From Ostreococcus lucimarinus (taxonomy: Eukaryota): a stretch of 64,000 bases of DNA. Location of the stretch: the NCBI GenBank assembly GCA_000092065.1, contig CP000586.1. One strand, 5' to 3'. This document shows, piece by piece, positions 1 through 10,084 of the stretch. The position numbers were made by a program, and so were the translations under genes. How positions within the stretch are numbered: the stretch's first letter is position 1; each line of letters starts with the position of its first letter. The notes beneath the pieces were generated by a model. It did not search any database. It had not been told where the DNA came from and worked only from the letters and a program-made list of their open reading frames with translations.

Positions 1-125
1 GGGTGAGATGAATATCGAGTCGGGCATTGCCGCGATCGCCATGAAGTGAGCTTTTAGTTTTTAGTTTTGTGCTAATCATTAAAGAAGACAACGTTCTAGA
101 ACGCAACCACCTTCCCTAAAACCGC

Positions 126-445
126 TTAGTGCGCAACGAAAGCCTTACCCGCCTTGGAGCCGCTCGGGATCACCTTCAACGTGTTGAAACGAACGGTCTT
201 GGACAACGGGCGGCACTGGCCAACGACAACCTTGTCGCCTTCGTTGCATCGGAAGCACGGGGAAATGTGCGCGGAGATGTTGGTGTGGCGCTTCTCGTAA
301 CGCTGGTACTTGCGAATGAAGTGCAAGTAATCCATGCGCATCACGATCGTGCGGTTCATCTTCGTGGACTTGACGACGCCCGTCAAGATGCGACCGCGAA
401 TGGACACGTTACCCGTGAACGGGCACTTCTTATCGATGTACGTCC
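126..445 (-). CDS. RPS11: 40S ribosomal protein S11, exon 3 (to stop)
   Basis: Encodes [65 protein letters not shown]..., near-identical to eukaryotic S11. The acceptor cgtAG is preceded by a CTGAC branch motif. TAA stop at 126-128. Confidence 0.85.
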
Positions 446-640
446 CTACGATCGAGGTAAAAATCAATCAGTCGTCAGTCTCACAGTCTCCTCGCTTTTC
501 TCATCAACCCTCTTCGCCGTCATCGCGTCGTCATCCGCCCGCGCGTCCCGACCCTCGCCTCGCCGCGCCCTAGAACCCCAAGCAAGCCCTAGAACCCGCG
601 CCATCGCGCGTTCGAAATCCCTCTCCTCGTCTTCACGCAC
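446..640 (-). other. RPS11: intron 2 of RPS11 (about 195 bp)
   Basis: GTGCGT donor, CTGAC about 30 nt upstream of the AG, and a T-rich tract before the acceptor. The flanking exons are continuous S11 protein sequence. Confidence 0.7.
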
Positions 641-741
641 CTTCGATCGCCTCGCGCGGCGTCTTAAACCCGAGACCAACATTCTTATAGTATCGGTTAC
701 CACCCTTGCCCGGCGTCTTCTTCTTCGTCGCGGACGCAAAC
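641..741 (-). CDS. RPS11: 40S ribosomal protein S11, exon 2
   Basis: Encodes [34 protein letters not shown], close to plant S11 [27 protein letters not shown]. It is bounded by a tAG acceptor and a GTGCGT donor, and the phase is consistent with exons 1 and 3. Confidence 0.75.
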
Positions 742-861
742 CTACGCACATCGATCGAATCATTCGTCAGTCGTCCGCACCCGCGATCGCTTCGCCCTTC
801 GCATCCTTCGCGCGCGCGCGCGCCCTTCGCGACCGAGCGCGGCGCTCGTCGTCGCACGCAC
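742..861 (-). other. RPS11: intron 1 of RPS11 (about 120 bp)
   Basis: GTGCGT donor right after codon GG of Gly19; acceptor gtgcgtAG with CTGAC upstream. Splicing restores the S11 alignment. Confidence 0.65.
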
Positions 862-917
862 CCGACGTTCACCCCGAGTTGCTTCTGGAAAGCGCGTTCG
901 TGTTGCTCGGCAGCCAT
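862..917 (-). CDS. RPS11: 40S ribosomal protein S11 (uS17), exon 1 of 3
   Basis: Encodes [19 protein letters not shown], matching plant S11 N-terminus (MAEQTEKAFLKQPKVF...). The exon ends at a GTGCGT donor. The ATG at 915-917 (minus) is in frame with ORF 633..1016. Confidence 0.75.
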
Positions 918-1191
918 GTTTCGCGGACTGCTGCGGCGGAGAGAGACGGCGCGGCGCGCGCGCGGGGCGACGACGCGCGCGCGACGACGCGGGCGCGATC
1001 GATGACGGGATTTCACGGCGCCGCGCCCATTTTTTTATCCCGGGCGCGCGCGTTCGTTTTCGCTCGCACATGGCGTTCGAGGGTGATTGAATGCGAGAGA
1101 TTCGCGCGCCGCGTCGCGCCGCGCGTCGCGTCGCGGATAAAGCGTCGGCACTTCGCGGCTGACGTGCGCGCTCGACCGATCATGTTTGCCC

Positions 1192-1192
<1 letters not shown>

Positions 1193-1222
<30 letters not shown>
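1193..1222. repeat. (GAC)10 trinucleotide microsatellite
   Basis: Perfect gacgacgac... run in the RPS11 upstream / ABCG downstream spacer. Confidence 0.9.
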
Positions 1223-1223
<1 letters not shown>

Positions 1224-1642
1224 TGCGCGCGCGCGCACGCGCGGGCGCGACGACGAACGACGACGCGAACGAACGCGAGCGTCGAACGCGTGGAACAGGC
1301 GACGCCGTGGGCGACGCGAAGCGTGGATTTCGCGAACACGGATGGGGCGACGCGGGAGCGGGCGTGCGGGACGAGCGACTGGGCGCGCGTGGACATGGCC
1401 AAGGCGAAGTGCGTGCACCCGGATCGACCGGTCGCGAAGTTGTGCGGGGATTGCCCGCGACGGAAGTGAGAGGGCGACGATCTCGGTCATCGCAAACGAC
1501 GCGAAAAAGCGATTAATCATTGATTCATTTTTTCGACGAGGGGGACGCTCAGAGGGCGAGACGCGCTCGGATGGCGCGCTCAGAGGACGAGACGTGTAGT
1601 GAAACCTTAATTAAATCGTCAAACCTGATTGTTCCCATCGCC

Positions 1643-3754
1643 TCATCGCTTTTCGTGGCGCACACGCGAGACGCCGAAATAAAATGTGGCCAAGTACACT
1701 GGGACGCTGAGCGACGCGTACAGCAACGACATCCACTTTCCGCGCTCGGCGAGCGAAAACGTTCGCAGCACGGACTCCCCCGTGATCGCATCGCATTGGC
1801 TTTGATTGGAGAAAAACATGCGTAAAAGCCGTAAAGATGATTCTGGCAAGGACATGGACTCGATCAAGTCGTCTAAACCGCCCGTGTCTGAGCCGCAGTG
1901 ATCAAAGAATTCGCGGCCGTCGTACTCGTTCACCATGATCGACGACCACGCCCACTGGATGAACGAGATATTGTACAACCATCTCCACGCGTTGTGTATC
2001 GTGCGAGCTCGAATGAAGAAACCTCCGACTAACATGTTTATCGTTGCGTAAATTGGGAGCACGCTCGCGGGGCCGACGTCACCCGGAATCGCAGCTGAGA
2101 TCGTGCAGCCGATCAGCTGCGAGATGGTGAAGTTCACGAGACAGGTGAAAACAAAAAAGAAGAACGCAATCGCGGTTGGATTGAGCCCGACGCACCAATA
2201 CAAAACCGCGGAGAAAGACAAAGAGGCGAGGATGGTCATGGGCATTTCGGCGATAATTTTTGAAGCGACGTAATTTCCCGGACGATAATAGCTTTCGTGA
2301 AACTCGCGAGTGTAGACTTCGCGCTCAAATTTCACTTCTTCCACGTGGACTTGTGCCATGAACGACGGTAGTATGCACGCGATGAACATGATGCCGTTGG
2401 TGTTCAATATCCCAGTTGGAGTCTTTTTCTGCTGATAGAAAAACGCGCTCAGCAGAGCGGCGAGAATGACGTACAGACCACATCTTGTAAACCAGAAGAT
2501 CGCGTAGCGCCATTTTGGGGCATCCTTATACCGAATCATGATGCCCAACTCAGTGAATGGATTGTGCGCATATTCTGAATCTTTGCCTGTGCCGTTGGTC
2601 TTTGAAGATTCGGTGTTGATCGTCACCGCGTTCATCGGCAGTTTGAGCGACGTGATTTCTGCCACGTGCTCCAAGTTGGACGCGCGCAGGCTCGATTCGG
2701 CGTAATATTTGGCGCACTCCTGACCAGTGGATATGGTGTCGATAAAGTACTCTGCGATGTTAAAGCCAGCCTCGTATGGAAACCCTTGATTGATGAAAAA
2801 GTCCATGGGATTGTGCCCAGCTTCGCCGAAATACGCGAGCATGCCAGAGGTGAGCAAAATCAACTTGTTGAAAGATTGGTAGATCGGCATGGAAGGTTGG
2901 TGAACGGTCACCAGGAGCGTGCGACCATCCTCCGCTTGAAGTCTGGATAGACAATTGATCACATCAGCTGCCATTGAAGAGTCCAAACCCGAAGTAGGCT
3001 CGTCCAAGAACATCGCTCTGGGATTTGACGTGCACAGCGCGGACGCGACGGCCAATCGCTTGAGCTCTCCACCGCTTATCCCGCGAATCACGTGGTTGCC
3101 GACTAGGGTATCCCGACACTTTGAAAGATTCATCTGATCAATCACGTGCTCCACTAACTCCAACTTACGCTTTACGTCCTCAGTTGACGTGCCAGGAAGC
3201 TTGATCATCGCTGCAAACGTAACTGTCTCCGCGACAGTCGCGCCTCCGAAGAAGGCTTCATGTTGCGGAACATACGCCGTGTACTTCTTGATCGTCGCCA
3301 AACTGGGCACCACACCATCAAAGAGAATCTTACCACGTATCCTGCCTTCCGTCTTGCGCCCAGATATTATGTCCAAGAGCGTCGTCTTCCCAGATCCAGA
3401 CTGGCCCATCACCGCACACATCGCGCCTCTTTCGATGACTCCGCTGATTTCGTTCAAAATGACCTTGGTACGCGCCACTGGTTCGATCGAGGACTCTTGC
3501 TTGCAAGTGCAGGAGTTGTGAACTGATCCAGATGAGACTTTAATGTCGCATCCCACGCCGTCGAGCGCGATGGTAAGACCGTTTTGCTGCGATGAAATCG
3601 AGGCCACACGATGAGCACCGTGGTGCTTTGCTTCGAGCACACCTTGCTGCAACTGTTTCGCTGTTTCGATGTCGACGCACGACACGCTATCTAAGCTGTT
3701 TGCGCTCGAGAGATTATTTGCAGTTCCGTCATGCCGAGATTGCCTTGCGCCCAT
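1643..3754 (-). CDS. ABC transporter, ABCG (white-brown complex) half-transporter, NBD-TMD
   Basis: Walker A GQSGSGKTT, ABC signature ISGGELKRLAVA, Walker B FLDEPTSGLDS, followed by a 6-TM ABC2-type domain. The start is taken at the internal Met (MGARQS...) to avoid overlap with the upstream UTP11 gene; the ORF itself extends to 3958. Confidence 0.8.
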   Translation of the reverse strand: MGARQSRHDGTANNLSSANSLDSVSCVDIETAKQLQQGVLEAKHHGAHRVASISSQQNGLTIALDGVGCDIKVSSGSVHNSCTCKQESSIEPVARTKVILNEISGVIERGAMCAVMGQSGSGKTTLLDIISGRKTEGRIRGKILFDGVVPSLATIKKYTAYVPQHEAFFGGATVAETVTFAAMIKLPGTSTEDVKRKLELVEHVIDQMNLSKCRDTLVGNHVIRGISGGELKRLAVASALCTSNPRAMFLDEPTSGLDSSMAADVINCLSRLQAEDGRTLLVTVHQPSMPIYQSFNKLILLTSGMLAYFGEAGHNPMDFFINQGFPYEAGFNIAEYFIDTISTGQECAKYYAESSLRASNLEHVAEITSLKLPMNAVTINTESSKTNGTGKDSEYAHNPFTELGIMIRYKDAPKWRYAIFWFTRCGLYVILAALLSAFFYQQKKTPTGILNTNGIMFIACILPSFMAQVHVEEVKFEREVYTREFHESYYRPGNYVASKIIAEMPMTILASLSFSAVLYWCVGLNPTAIAFFFFVFTCLVNFTISQLIGCTISAAIPGDVGPASVLPIYATINMLVGGFFIRARTIHNAWRWLYNISFIQWAWSSIMVNEYDGREFFDHCGSDTGGLDDLIESMSLPESSLRLLRMFFSNQSQCDAITGESVLRTFSLAERGKWMSLLYASLSVPVYLATFYFGVSRVRHEKR

Positions 3755-3933
3755 GTTCGTGAGCGGTGCATTCTGAAGTCTGAAATCTGAGTTTGCCTCG
3801 TGGTTATCAACTCGACGAGATTGAACGTTCACGAATCGACAGGTGAAATCACGGTATCGTGTCAGTATAATTACATTCAAGCTAAAATAATCGCTACTGA
3901 AGACGAATGGGATTCGCGCACGGACACTCGCAT

Positions 3934-4734
3934 CTATTTCTGGCGTTCTTGCTTCCATTTGAAGTACGACGTCTTTGTTCCATCGGGATTCGTCTTCGTA
4001 ATCTTCACCTTGTGCCCTTTGGAGTGAGAAATGACTTTTTGCATCGCCATCTCTGCGCTCATGTCCTTCAGCTTCTTCGCTCGTTCATCGTAGGCGGTGT
4101 ACGTCTTGTACGCACCCTTCTGCATCCGCGTGAGCCTCTTCATAGAAATCTCCGATGCGCCAGTGCCGCTCGAGCCGGCGGCGCCGTCGCTTCGCACGCC
4201 GACCACCGCGTCTTCGTCCTCCAACTGCGCCCGACGAGGACGATTGAATGTTCGATTCACGAGCTCAGGGACGGTATCGAAATGCTCCGCCGCATCGAAA
4301 CTTTTCGCCTCTTCTTCCGTGTCAACGAAGACGGTGTGTTTGCGCTTCACCGGAACGCCGATACCGTGCAAATTTCGCTTCATCTTCTCCACCTTCTTAC
4401 CCTCAATCGCCGCCTTCATTTGCACGTACTTCACATCCTGCGTCTTCATCACCCGTAACTCTTCTTCGGTGTATTTGTTCTGTTCCGTGCTCCTCGCCAC
4501 GTGCACCCCGTCGTCCGTCTTCGCCTTTTGCATGGCAAAGTAAAACTCATCCGGATTCCTATACGCCGCCTTTCGCTTCAACGCGTTGATCGCATCTTCC
4601 TTCTTGTGATAATCTCTCGCGCGAAGCACGTAATCCTTCTTCTTCTCCAGCAAACCGAACCGTTTGCGCTCGCTCAACTGCGACCGCTCCTTGTGCGTCT
4701 TGCGTTTGACGGCGTTACGAAGCGAGCTCGACAT
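3934..4734 (-). CDS. UTP11: U3 snoRNP protein UTP11
   Basis: MSSSLRNAVKRKTHKERSQLSERKRFGLLEKKKDYVLRARDYHKKEDAINALKRKAAYRNPDEFYF matches the UTP11 family N-terminus. Confidence 0.8.
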   Translation of the reverse strand: MSSSLRNAVKRKTHKERSQLSERKRFGLLEKKKDYVLRARDYHKKEDAINALKRKAAYRNPDEFYFAMQKAKTDDGVHVARSTEQNKYTEEELRVMKTQDVKYVQMKAAIEGKKVEKMKRNLHGIGVPVKRKHTVFVDTEEEAKSFDAAEHFDTVPELVNRTFNRPRRAQLEDEDAVVGVRSDGAAGSSGTGASEISMKRLTRMQKGAYKTYTAYDERAKKLKDMSAEMAMQKVISHSKGHKVKITKTNPDGTKTSYFKWKQERQK

Positions 4735-4947
4735 CGCGTCCGCGCGTCTCGCGCGCGCGCGATCTCGGTGTCTTCGCCGCGCTTTGTTTCACCGCGTTTC
4801 GCCGCGTCGCGCTTCGCCGCTTCGCGCTTCGCCGCGTCGGCGTCGTCGAATGGCGCCGCCGCCGGGACGCCGCGGGACGCCGCGGGACGCCCCGCTCGGA
4901 CGCGAGGCGGCGACGTTCGGCGGCAGTCGGACGCGCGCGGGCGATGG

Positions 4948-5394
4948 ATGCGGGGCGCGCGCGATGAAGACGACGATGCGCGCGCGATGGCGGCGCCGGT
5001 GACGCGCGACGACGCGATGCGCGTGCTGGGACTGGACGAGCGCGACGCGAGGAATCCGAGCTTGGTGAAGCGAACCGTGCGCGAGCGCGCGTTGGATGCG
5101 CATCCCGATCGCGCCACGGGGTCGCGCGAGCGATTCAGCGCAGTGATGGCGTCGAGAGATATACTTTTGAGCGACCTACGGGGCGGAGGGACGAATCGAG
5201 GGTTCACGATGGCGGAGAGCGCGGCGCGGCGAGCGACGGATAACGCGCTGCCAAAGCACTTCAAGTCGTTCATCGTCGCGACGGCGTTGGTTTTAGTCGG
5301 TGTGTCGTGCGTCAGGACGAACGCGGGCGAGAGGCGTAAAGCGAGAAGTCCACTGGTGAGAGACGCCATGGGTTTACCGCCTAGCGATGCGTGA
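4948..5394 (+). CDS. small J-domain protein with C-terminal transmembrane anchor
   Basis: J-domain core AMRVLGLDE...VKRTVRERALDAHPDR (HPD motif), then a hydrophobic FIVATALVLVGVSCV segment. Start at Met 4948 or 4987; the ORF frame is open from 4501. Confidence 0.6.
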   Translation: MRGARDEDDDARAMAAPVTRDDAMRVLGLDERDARNPSLVKRTVRERALDAHPDRATGSRERFSAVMASRDILLSDLRGGGTNRGFTMAESAARRATDNALPKHFKSFIVATALVLVGVSCVRTNAGERRKARSPLVRDAMGLPPSDA

Positions 5395-5451
5395 GTAGTA
5401 TACTAGCGATGCGTGTAGTGTATAGCAGTTGTATAAAAGTGCTCGTCTCAA

Positions 5452-7836
5452 CTAACTTTGCTTGGCTTTGACGCTCGTAGGCGTCCACCAATCCTCCGCG
5501 AGCACGACGACTTGATCACCCGGATTCAGTCTGACTCGTTTGTCCTTTCGCGGAGAAATGGCGAGTTCACCATCAGCGCGCATGATGCCCAACGCGATTT
5601 CGTCCCGTTCGCGAGCGCGCTCGCAAATCGTTCCCCAGTACACTTCGGCGTCATTTTCAGTGACAAATTCATTGTACATGCGCATGTACAGCTCTTTGCC
5701 CTGCTTTTCGAGCAGATAGTCAAACAAACCAGCGAGTTTGGTGTTGGCAGAAACTTGAAGAAGCGCGCCGCCTATGAGATTGTCGTGTAAAATCACGTCA
5801 ACCGTACCGATGCCAGCATACATATCCTCAGCCACCCTCTTTGCCACTTCACTCGACAACTCAGAGACGATATGAGGAGCGTGACCCGTGTCAGCTCTTT
5901 TTGATAAATACGCGACTTGCATGATTGATGACAGTGCGTGACTGTCTTGCGTTGCGTCGTCGCTATCTGTTGGGGGCATGATCAAAACCGCTCCCGCTTC
6001 GTGCACACGATTTTGTTCCAACGTCGCTCTCTTCTGGGCGTCCATGGCCACGTGTTTCACGTTGCAATTCGTGTTCCCTTTTAAAATACTTTTATCGAGC
6101 TCATAATTGTTGATGAGGGTTATACTCGAGCCAGGTGGAGCTAAGACTAGCATGTCTTCGAGCACACTAGAACTCTCCTCGTTCCAACCGAGCATGACAA
6201 CTTTGCGGGGAGCCGGCATCCGGACCGGGCATCTAAGCATTGTCAAGTGCTGTGATCCCGGAGGAGGAATATTCTCGTTTTTATTGGACCCTTTCCGCTT
6301 CGCAATATCTGCTTCGATCGTGGACTTGTTGTCTGCCACGACGGTGACTGCCCCGCTTGGTCCAATGACGTCAGTCTCGCTCGGACCAAGGATCATGCCT
6401 TCTGCGTTGGTAATTCCGACCAGTGTAGTCGTGTTGAACATTCTCCAGGCTTCCTGGAATGTCTTACCCGCTAGACTTGGGTGCGAATACGTGTAAAACT
6501 CAGAACTATCGTTGGATTGAAGCATGAGATCTTCAAATAATTTACTTCCGCCTGGTTGCATGATGGAGTAAGCTTTGAGTTTCGACAACTCTCCAGTGCC
6601 GTTGACGACGCAGAATTCGCCATGTTTATTCCCTTCTTTCTCAGTCAAATCGACCGCGAGAGCGACACCATCATCGATTTCAGATCTGCGAGTGGGAGAT
6701 TGAACGATGACGTTTGGCCCTCGACCACCTGTGATGCCGCCGCCAGAACGCAAATTCAACACCGCCGCCGCCTTTTGGCTCTCGACAGTGTCCTCGTTCT
6801 CGCCGTCATCGTGCAACACCACGACCCGCTCGGCCGCCCAAGCGTTCACTCGATCCAAGTCTTCAGCATTATGAGCTTGACCCGAGCGAGTTACGACGGT
6901 CAGCGGAGGACTATCCTGGAGTTCATCTTCAATGGTGGCGTCCATCTCCTCCTTGTCCCTGTTAGCCAGTAAAACCACCGGCCTTTCGAAACCAATCCCT
7001 TCGCTCTTTGCCACGGCGACTTGTTTCAGTAACGGAATCAACTGCTCATTCCAGTTCAATATTACGGTATGATTCTGTTCGAACACCTTACTGTTCCCCG
7101 TCTTTACCTCGTCAACCTTGCTCGCGATTTCGTCAGACACAACGCCGATTAAAATTGCAAAGGTGAACATCCCACAAAACACAATCAGTTGTGCGACGAC
7201 AACACTTTTCCAGTTCTCTTCTGCCGTACTGTCCGCTCCAGGAACGTCATTCAACCAATAAAACGTCTTTGCAATGGATGCACCCCACTCTTCTTCGCTC
7301 ACGTGCCTGTACACCGCCGCCGCGGCGAGGACGAGCGGTACCATCGCCGCCGTGATCATAAAAACTTTCCCATACAACGGCCAGCCGAAAACTCTCTGCG
7401 CAACGTACATCCCGTTCGATCGCGCATTATTCAACCGATCTTCGAAACTCGTGCTCGCGCTCGCGTGCGCTGGCGCCGGCGTCGGCGGCTTGCGCACGCT
7501 CGTCCAACCGCCACCGAGCGCTCCGGCGACGACACACGCGCCGGCGACGCCCACCGCGCGCGCCCGCACCACCGCTCTCCGCGGTCGTTCAGCGTGCGAA
7601 CAATCATTCACACTCTCCGTCGTCTTGCCGAGCATGGCGTCCATCGTGCGCGCGTCCAGCGCGCGTCTTCGTCGTTCGAGCGTTGCATCTTCGTCCCCGT
7701 CGTCGCCGTTCGAAGCCGCCACGACGACGACCGCGCTCGTGCGGCGCGTGCGCGACGCGCGCGAGGCTCGTGCGAGTGGTTTCGACGCCGAAACGCGCGC
7801 GCGCAGCGCGCGGTTCGCGAACATGCCGACGCCCAC
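5452..7836 (-). CDS. CASTOR/POLLUX (DMI1)-like ion channel with RCK domains
   Basis: TM segments, then ILNWNEQLIPLLKQVAVAKSEGIGFERPVVLLANRDKEEMD...TVVTRSGQAHNAEDLDRVNAWAAERVVVL, resembling CASTOR/POLLUX (ILGWSDKLGSLLKQLAIANKS...). Start codon uncertain: it lies only about 70 bp from the neighbouring gene's stop. Confidence 0.55.
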   Translation of the reverse strand: MGVGMFANRALRARVSASKPLARASRASRTRRTSAVVVVAASNGDDGDEDATLERRRRALDARTMDAMLGKTTESVNDCSHAERPRRAVVRARAVGVAGACVVAGALGGGWTSVRKPPTPAPAHASASTSFEDRLNNARSNGMYVAQRVFGWPLYGKVFMITAAMVPLVLAAAAVYRHVSEEEWGASIAKTFYWLNDVPGADSTAEENWKSVVVAQLIVFCGMFTFAILIGVVSDEIASKVDEVKTGNSKVFEQNHTVILNWNEQLIPLLKQVAVAKSEGIGFERPVVLLANRDKEEMDATIEDELQDSPPLTVVTRSGQAHNAEDLDRVNAWAAERVVVLHDDGENEDTVESQKAAAVLNLRSGGGITGGRGPNVIVQSPTRRSEIDDGVALAVDLTEKEGNKHGEFCVVNGTGELSKLKAYSIMQPGGSKLFEDLMLQSNDSSEFYTYSHPSLAGKTFQEAWRMFNTTTLVGITNAEGMILGPSETDVIGPSGAVTVVADNKSTIEADIAKRKGSNKNENIPPPGSQHLTMLRCPVRMPAPRKVVMLGWNEESSSVLEDMLVLAPPGSSITLINNYELDKSILKGNTNCNVKHVAMDAQKRATLEQNRVHEAGAVLIMPPTDSDDATQDSHALSSIMQVAYLSKRADTGHAPHIVSELSSEVAKRVAEDMYAGIGTVDVILHDNLIGGALLQVSANTKLAGLFDYLLEKQGKELYMRMYNEFVTENDAEVYWGTICERARERDEIALGIMRADGELAISPRKDKRVRLNPGDQVVVLAEDWWTPTSVKAKQS

Positions 7837-7904
7837 GCGCGCCGTTGTGCAACCGGTCGGTCGCCTTCATTTTGTGCGTCGTCGCACAGGGACGTTTGCG
7901 CGGC

Positions 7905-10040
7905 TTACAAGTCTAATTTCGGGTGCGCCATGCGCAATAAATCGATCGCGACGGTCGCAGCGTCGCCACTTTCGGCGCGAAGACGATTTAAACGCGCGGT
8001 GGCGCTCGCTAGGACGGCGTCGTCGAGCGCCGCGGACGCTCTAGCGATGGCGTCGTCGAGCGCTACGGCGTCGACTGAGGCGGAAGCTTTCGCAATGTCG
8101 ATCTCAGCGGAGAGTTCTTTGATGGTTGTCGACGCTTGCTGGGCATCGATGAAACGTTTTTCTTCGACCGCGGCAGTCTTGACGCGCTCGAGCTCGGCGA
8201 TGCGAGATGACAGGTCGGTTTCACGCTGACGGGCGGATTCGACACACCGCTTCTCATCGCGGGTGCGTTCAAGCGCCTTTTCGGCTTCGTCAAGCCGGGC
8301 ACGCGCGCTCGTTTCGGCTGTGATGAATGTGGCCAAGTTATTCAGCGCATTTTGCTTGCTCGATAGATCCGTCTCGCGCTGGTGAAGCGTCTCTTGAAGA
8401 CTCGCCGTGGCGTTCTCTGCCTCGGTGGCGATGTCTTGAACTTCTTTCAACTCTTCTGGAGCTCCGCTGGAAACTTCTTCAGTAGTTTCGTCAAAATTTT
8501 GCAAGTCATCAGTTGCAGCGTCTCGTCGACGCGCGGCATCGGCAATAGTTTGCCGCAGTAAGCCCTCTTCTTCTAAAAGCTGCGTGCGTTCAATTTCTTT
8601 TTCGTGAAGCTTGTTTTCCTTGGCCTGGAGCTCGGCGCGTAACGACGCAATCTCGTCTCTTAATTCGCTCAAGGGCGCATCCAAAGCAGCTCTCTTCTCC
8701 GAAATATCTACTAAATTCTTTTCCAACGATGTGCACGTCGTCTGTGCTTCGTCCTTTGCGACCATCAAAGCATTCTTTCTTGCTTCTCGCGCTATGGCAG
8801 CGGCGCGCTGGGCTTCATGTTGTGAAGACATCGCATCGTCCAGTTGTCGACGTTTCGTTTCGGCAAATTGCTGAATTTCGTCCATACTCGAACAAATTTC
8901 CGCAATCCACGTTTTCAAAGCTTCAGAAGCTTCAGCCAAGCAATCGCGGAACTCATTCTCTGCAGCAAAGAGCTTCGCTATCATCTCAGAGTATGCGCGT
9001 CGAGCGCCCTCTATAGATTCTTCGAGGCGAGCGGCAGCTTCGAAATCGTCCTTTCCGATGGCACCTTCTTGCTCGAGCTTGAACTTTTCTATGGTTTCTA
9101 GTAATTTTGTACACTCTTTTGCGGATACCAACCGTTTTGAGGTCGCAGCGACCCGTCGCGCTTCGGCGCTTTCGTACGCCAACTTTGCTGGCTTAAATCT
9201 CACGTCCGACGCCTTCAACAATCCACGGAGTTCCACGCGCGCGTCTCCTCTATCATCACCAACGATAGGTGTCGCTGACTCGTCCTCCTCACTCGGCGTC
9301 GCCACTGCGAACTCGAACGCATCGTCGCCTCCCACTTCAACTTCGTCAAAGACGGGTGCGTCCTCGATGGACACCTCCGCCTTCGCCATCATCGTCGCCT
9401 CGAAATCCATTAATCCAGCGCCGGCTTCACGACGCCCGTACCCGATTCTGGGTTTCTCACGTCTCCACGAACTATCGGGCGTCGACGCATTGTTGAGGCC
9501 GAACAAATCGGCCGGAGAAATTGGCGTCGTCGGCTTCGGCGACGCGTCAACCGTCGGAGAAATCATCGTCGCATTCATCGCCATGGGTGGCGTTTCATTC
9601 AGCGTCAACCCCGAGAACAAATCCAATCCACCACTCGCCACCGTCGTCGTCGCCCGCGGCGTCTCCACGACTTCTCGAAACGCGCCTCCGTTCGCGACTT
9701 TGTCCACCGCGTCGTTTGCCAATTCCTCCAACGCGCCGAGCGCCTCGAGCGCGTCCTCGTCTCCCGCCTTGGCGCGCTGTCGAACTCCTTCGATCATCCT
9801 GCGCGCTCGATTGATCTTGGAGAACTTGATCCCATCGTCTTCGGCGCTCGTGAGCGCGTCTGCGAGCAGATTCGACGCGCGATTGACGAGCTCGTCGAGC
9901 GACATTTCGTTCGCATCCGGCGTCTCGCTCGCCCCGCGCGCCGTGGCGTTGGGCGTGAGCGGCGACGACGACGGCGACGACGACGGCGAACGCGCGTTCG
10001 CGCTCGGCGACGCCGCGACCGCGCCGCGACGACCGAACAT
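7905..10040 (-). CDS. long coiled-coil protein with UVR-like motif (hypothetical)
   Basis: 711-aa ORF with extensive heptad / E-A-R-L-rich coiled-coil segments and a UVR-like KDDFEAAARLEESIEGARRAY motif. No enzymatic motif recognised. Confidence 0.45.
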   Translation of the reverse strand: MFGRRGAVAASPSANARSPSSSPSSSPLTPNATARGASETPDANEMSLDELVNRASNLLADALTSAEDDGIKFSKINRARRMIEGVRQRAKAGDEDALEALGALEELANDAVDKVANGGAFREVVETPRATTTVASGGLDLFSGLTLNETPPMAMNATMISPTVDASPKPTTPISPADLFGLNNASTPDSSWRREKPRIGYGRREAGAGLMDFEATMMAKAEVSIEDAPVFDEVEVGGDDAFEFAVATPSEEDESATPIVGDDRGDARVELRGLLKASDVRFKPAKLAYESAEARRVAATSKRLVSAKECTKLLETIEKFKLEQEGAIGKDDFEAAARLEESIEGARRAYSEMIAKLFAAENEFRDCLAEASEALKTWIAEICSSMDEIQQFAETKRRQLDDAMSSQHEAQRAAAIAREARKNALMVAKDEAQTTCTSLEKNLVDISEKRAALDAPLSELRDEIASLRAELQAKENKLHEKEIERTQLLEEEGLLRQTIADAARRRDAATDDLQNFDETTEEVSSGAPEELKEVQDIATEAENATASLQETLHQRETDLSSKQNALNNLATFITAETSARARLDEAEKALERTRDEKRCVESARQRETDLSSRIAELERVKTAAVEEKRFIDAQQASTTIKELSAEIDIAKASASVDAVALDDAIARASAALDDAVLASATARLNRLRAESGDAATVAIDLLRMAHPKLDL

Positions 10041-10084
10041 GACGCGTAGCCGTCCGCAATGCGCGACGCACTGCGGCCGAAGCG

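Noticed and set aside
2-49. Possible 3' end of a plus-strand CDS running off the left edge (…GEMNIESGIAAIAMK-stop).
   Set aside because: Only 15 codons visible; cannot assign or even confirm coding.
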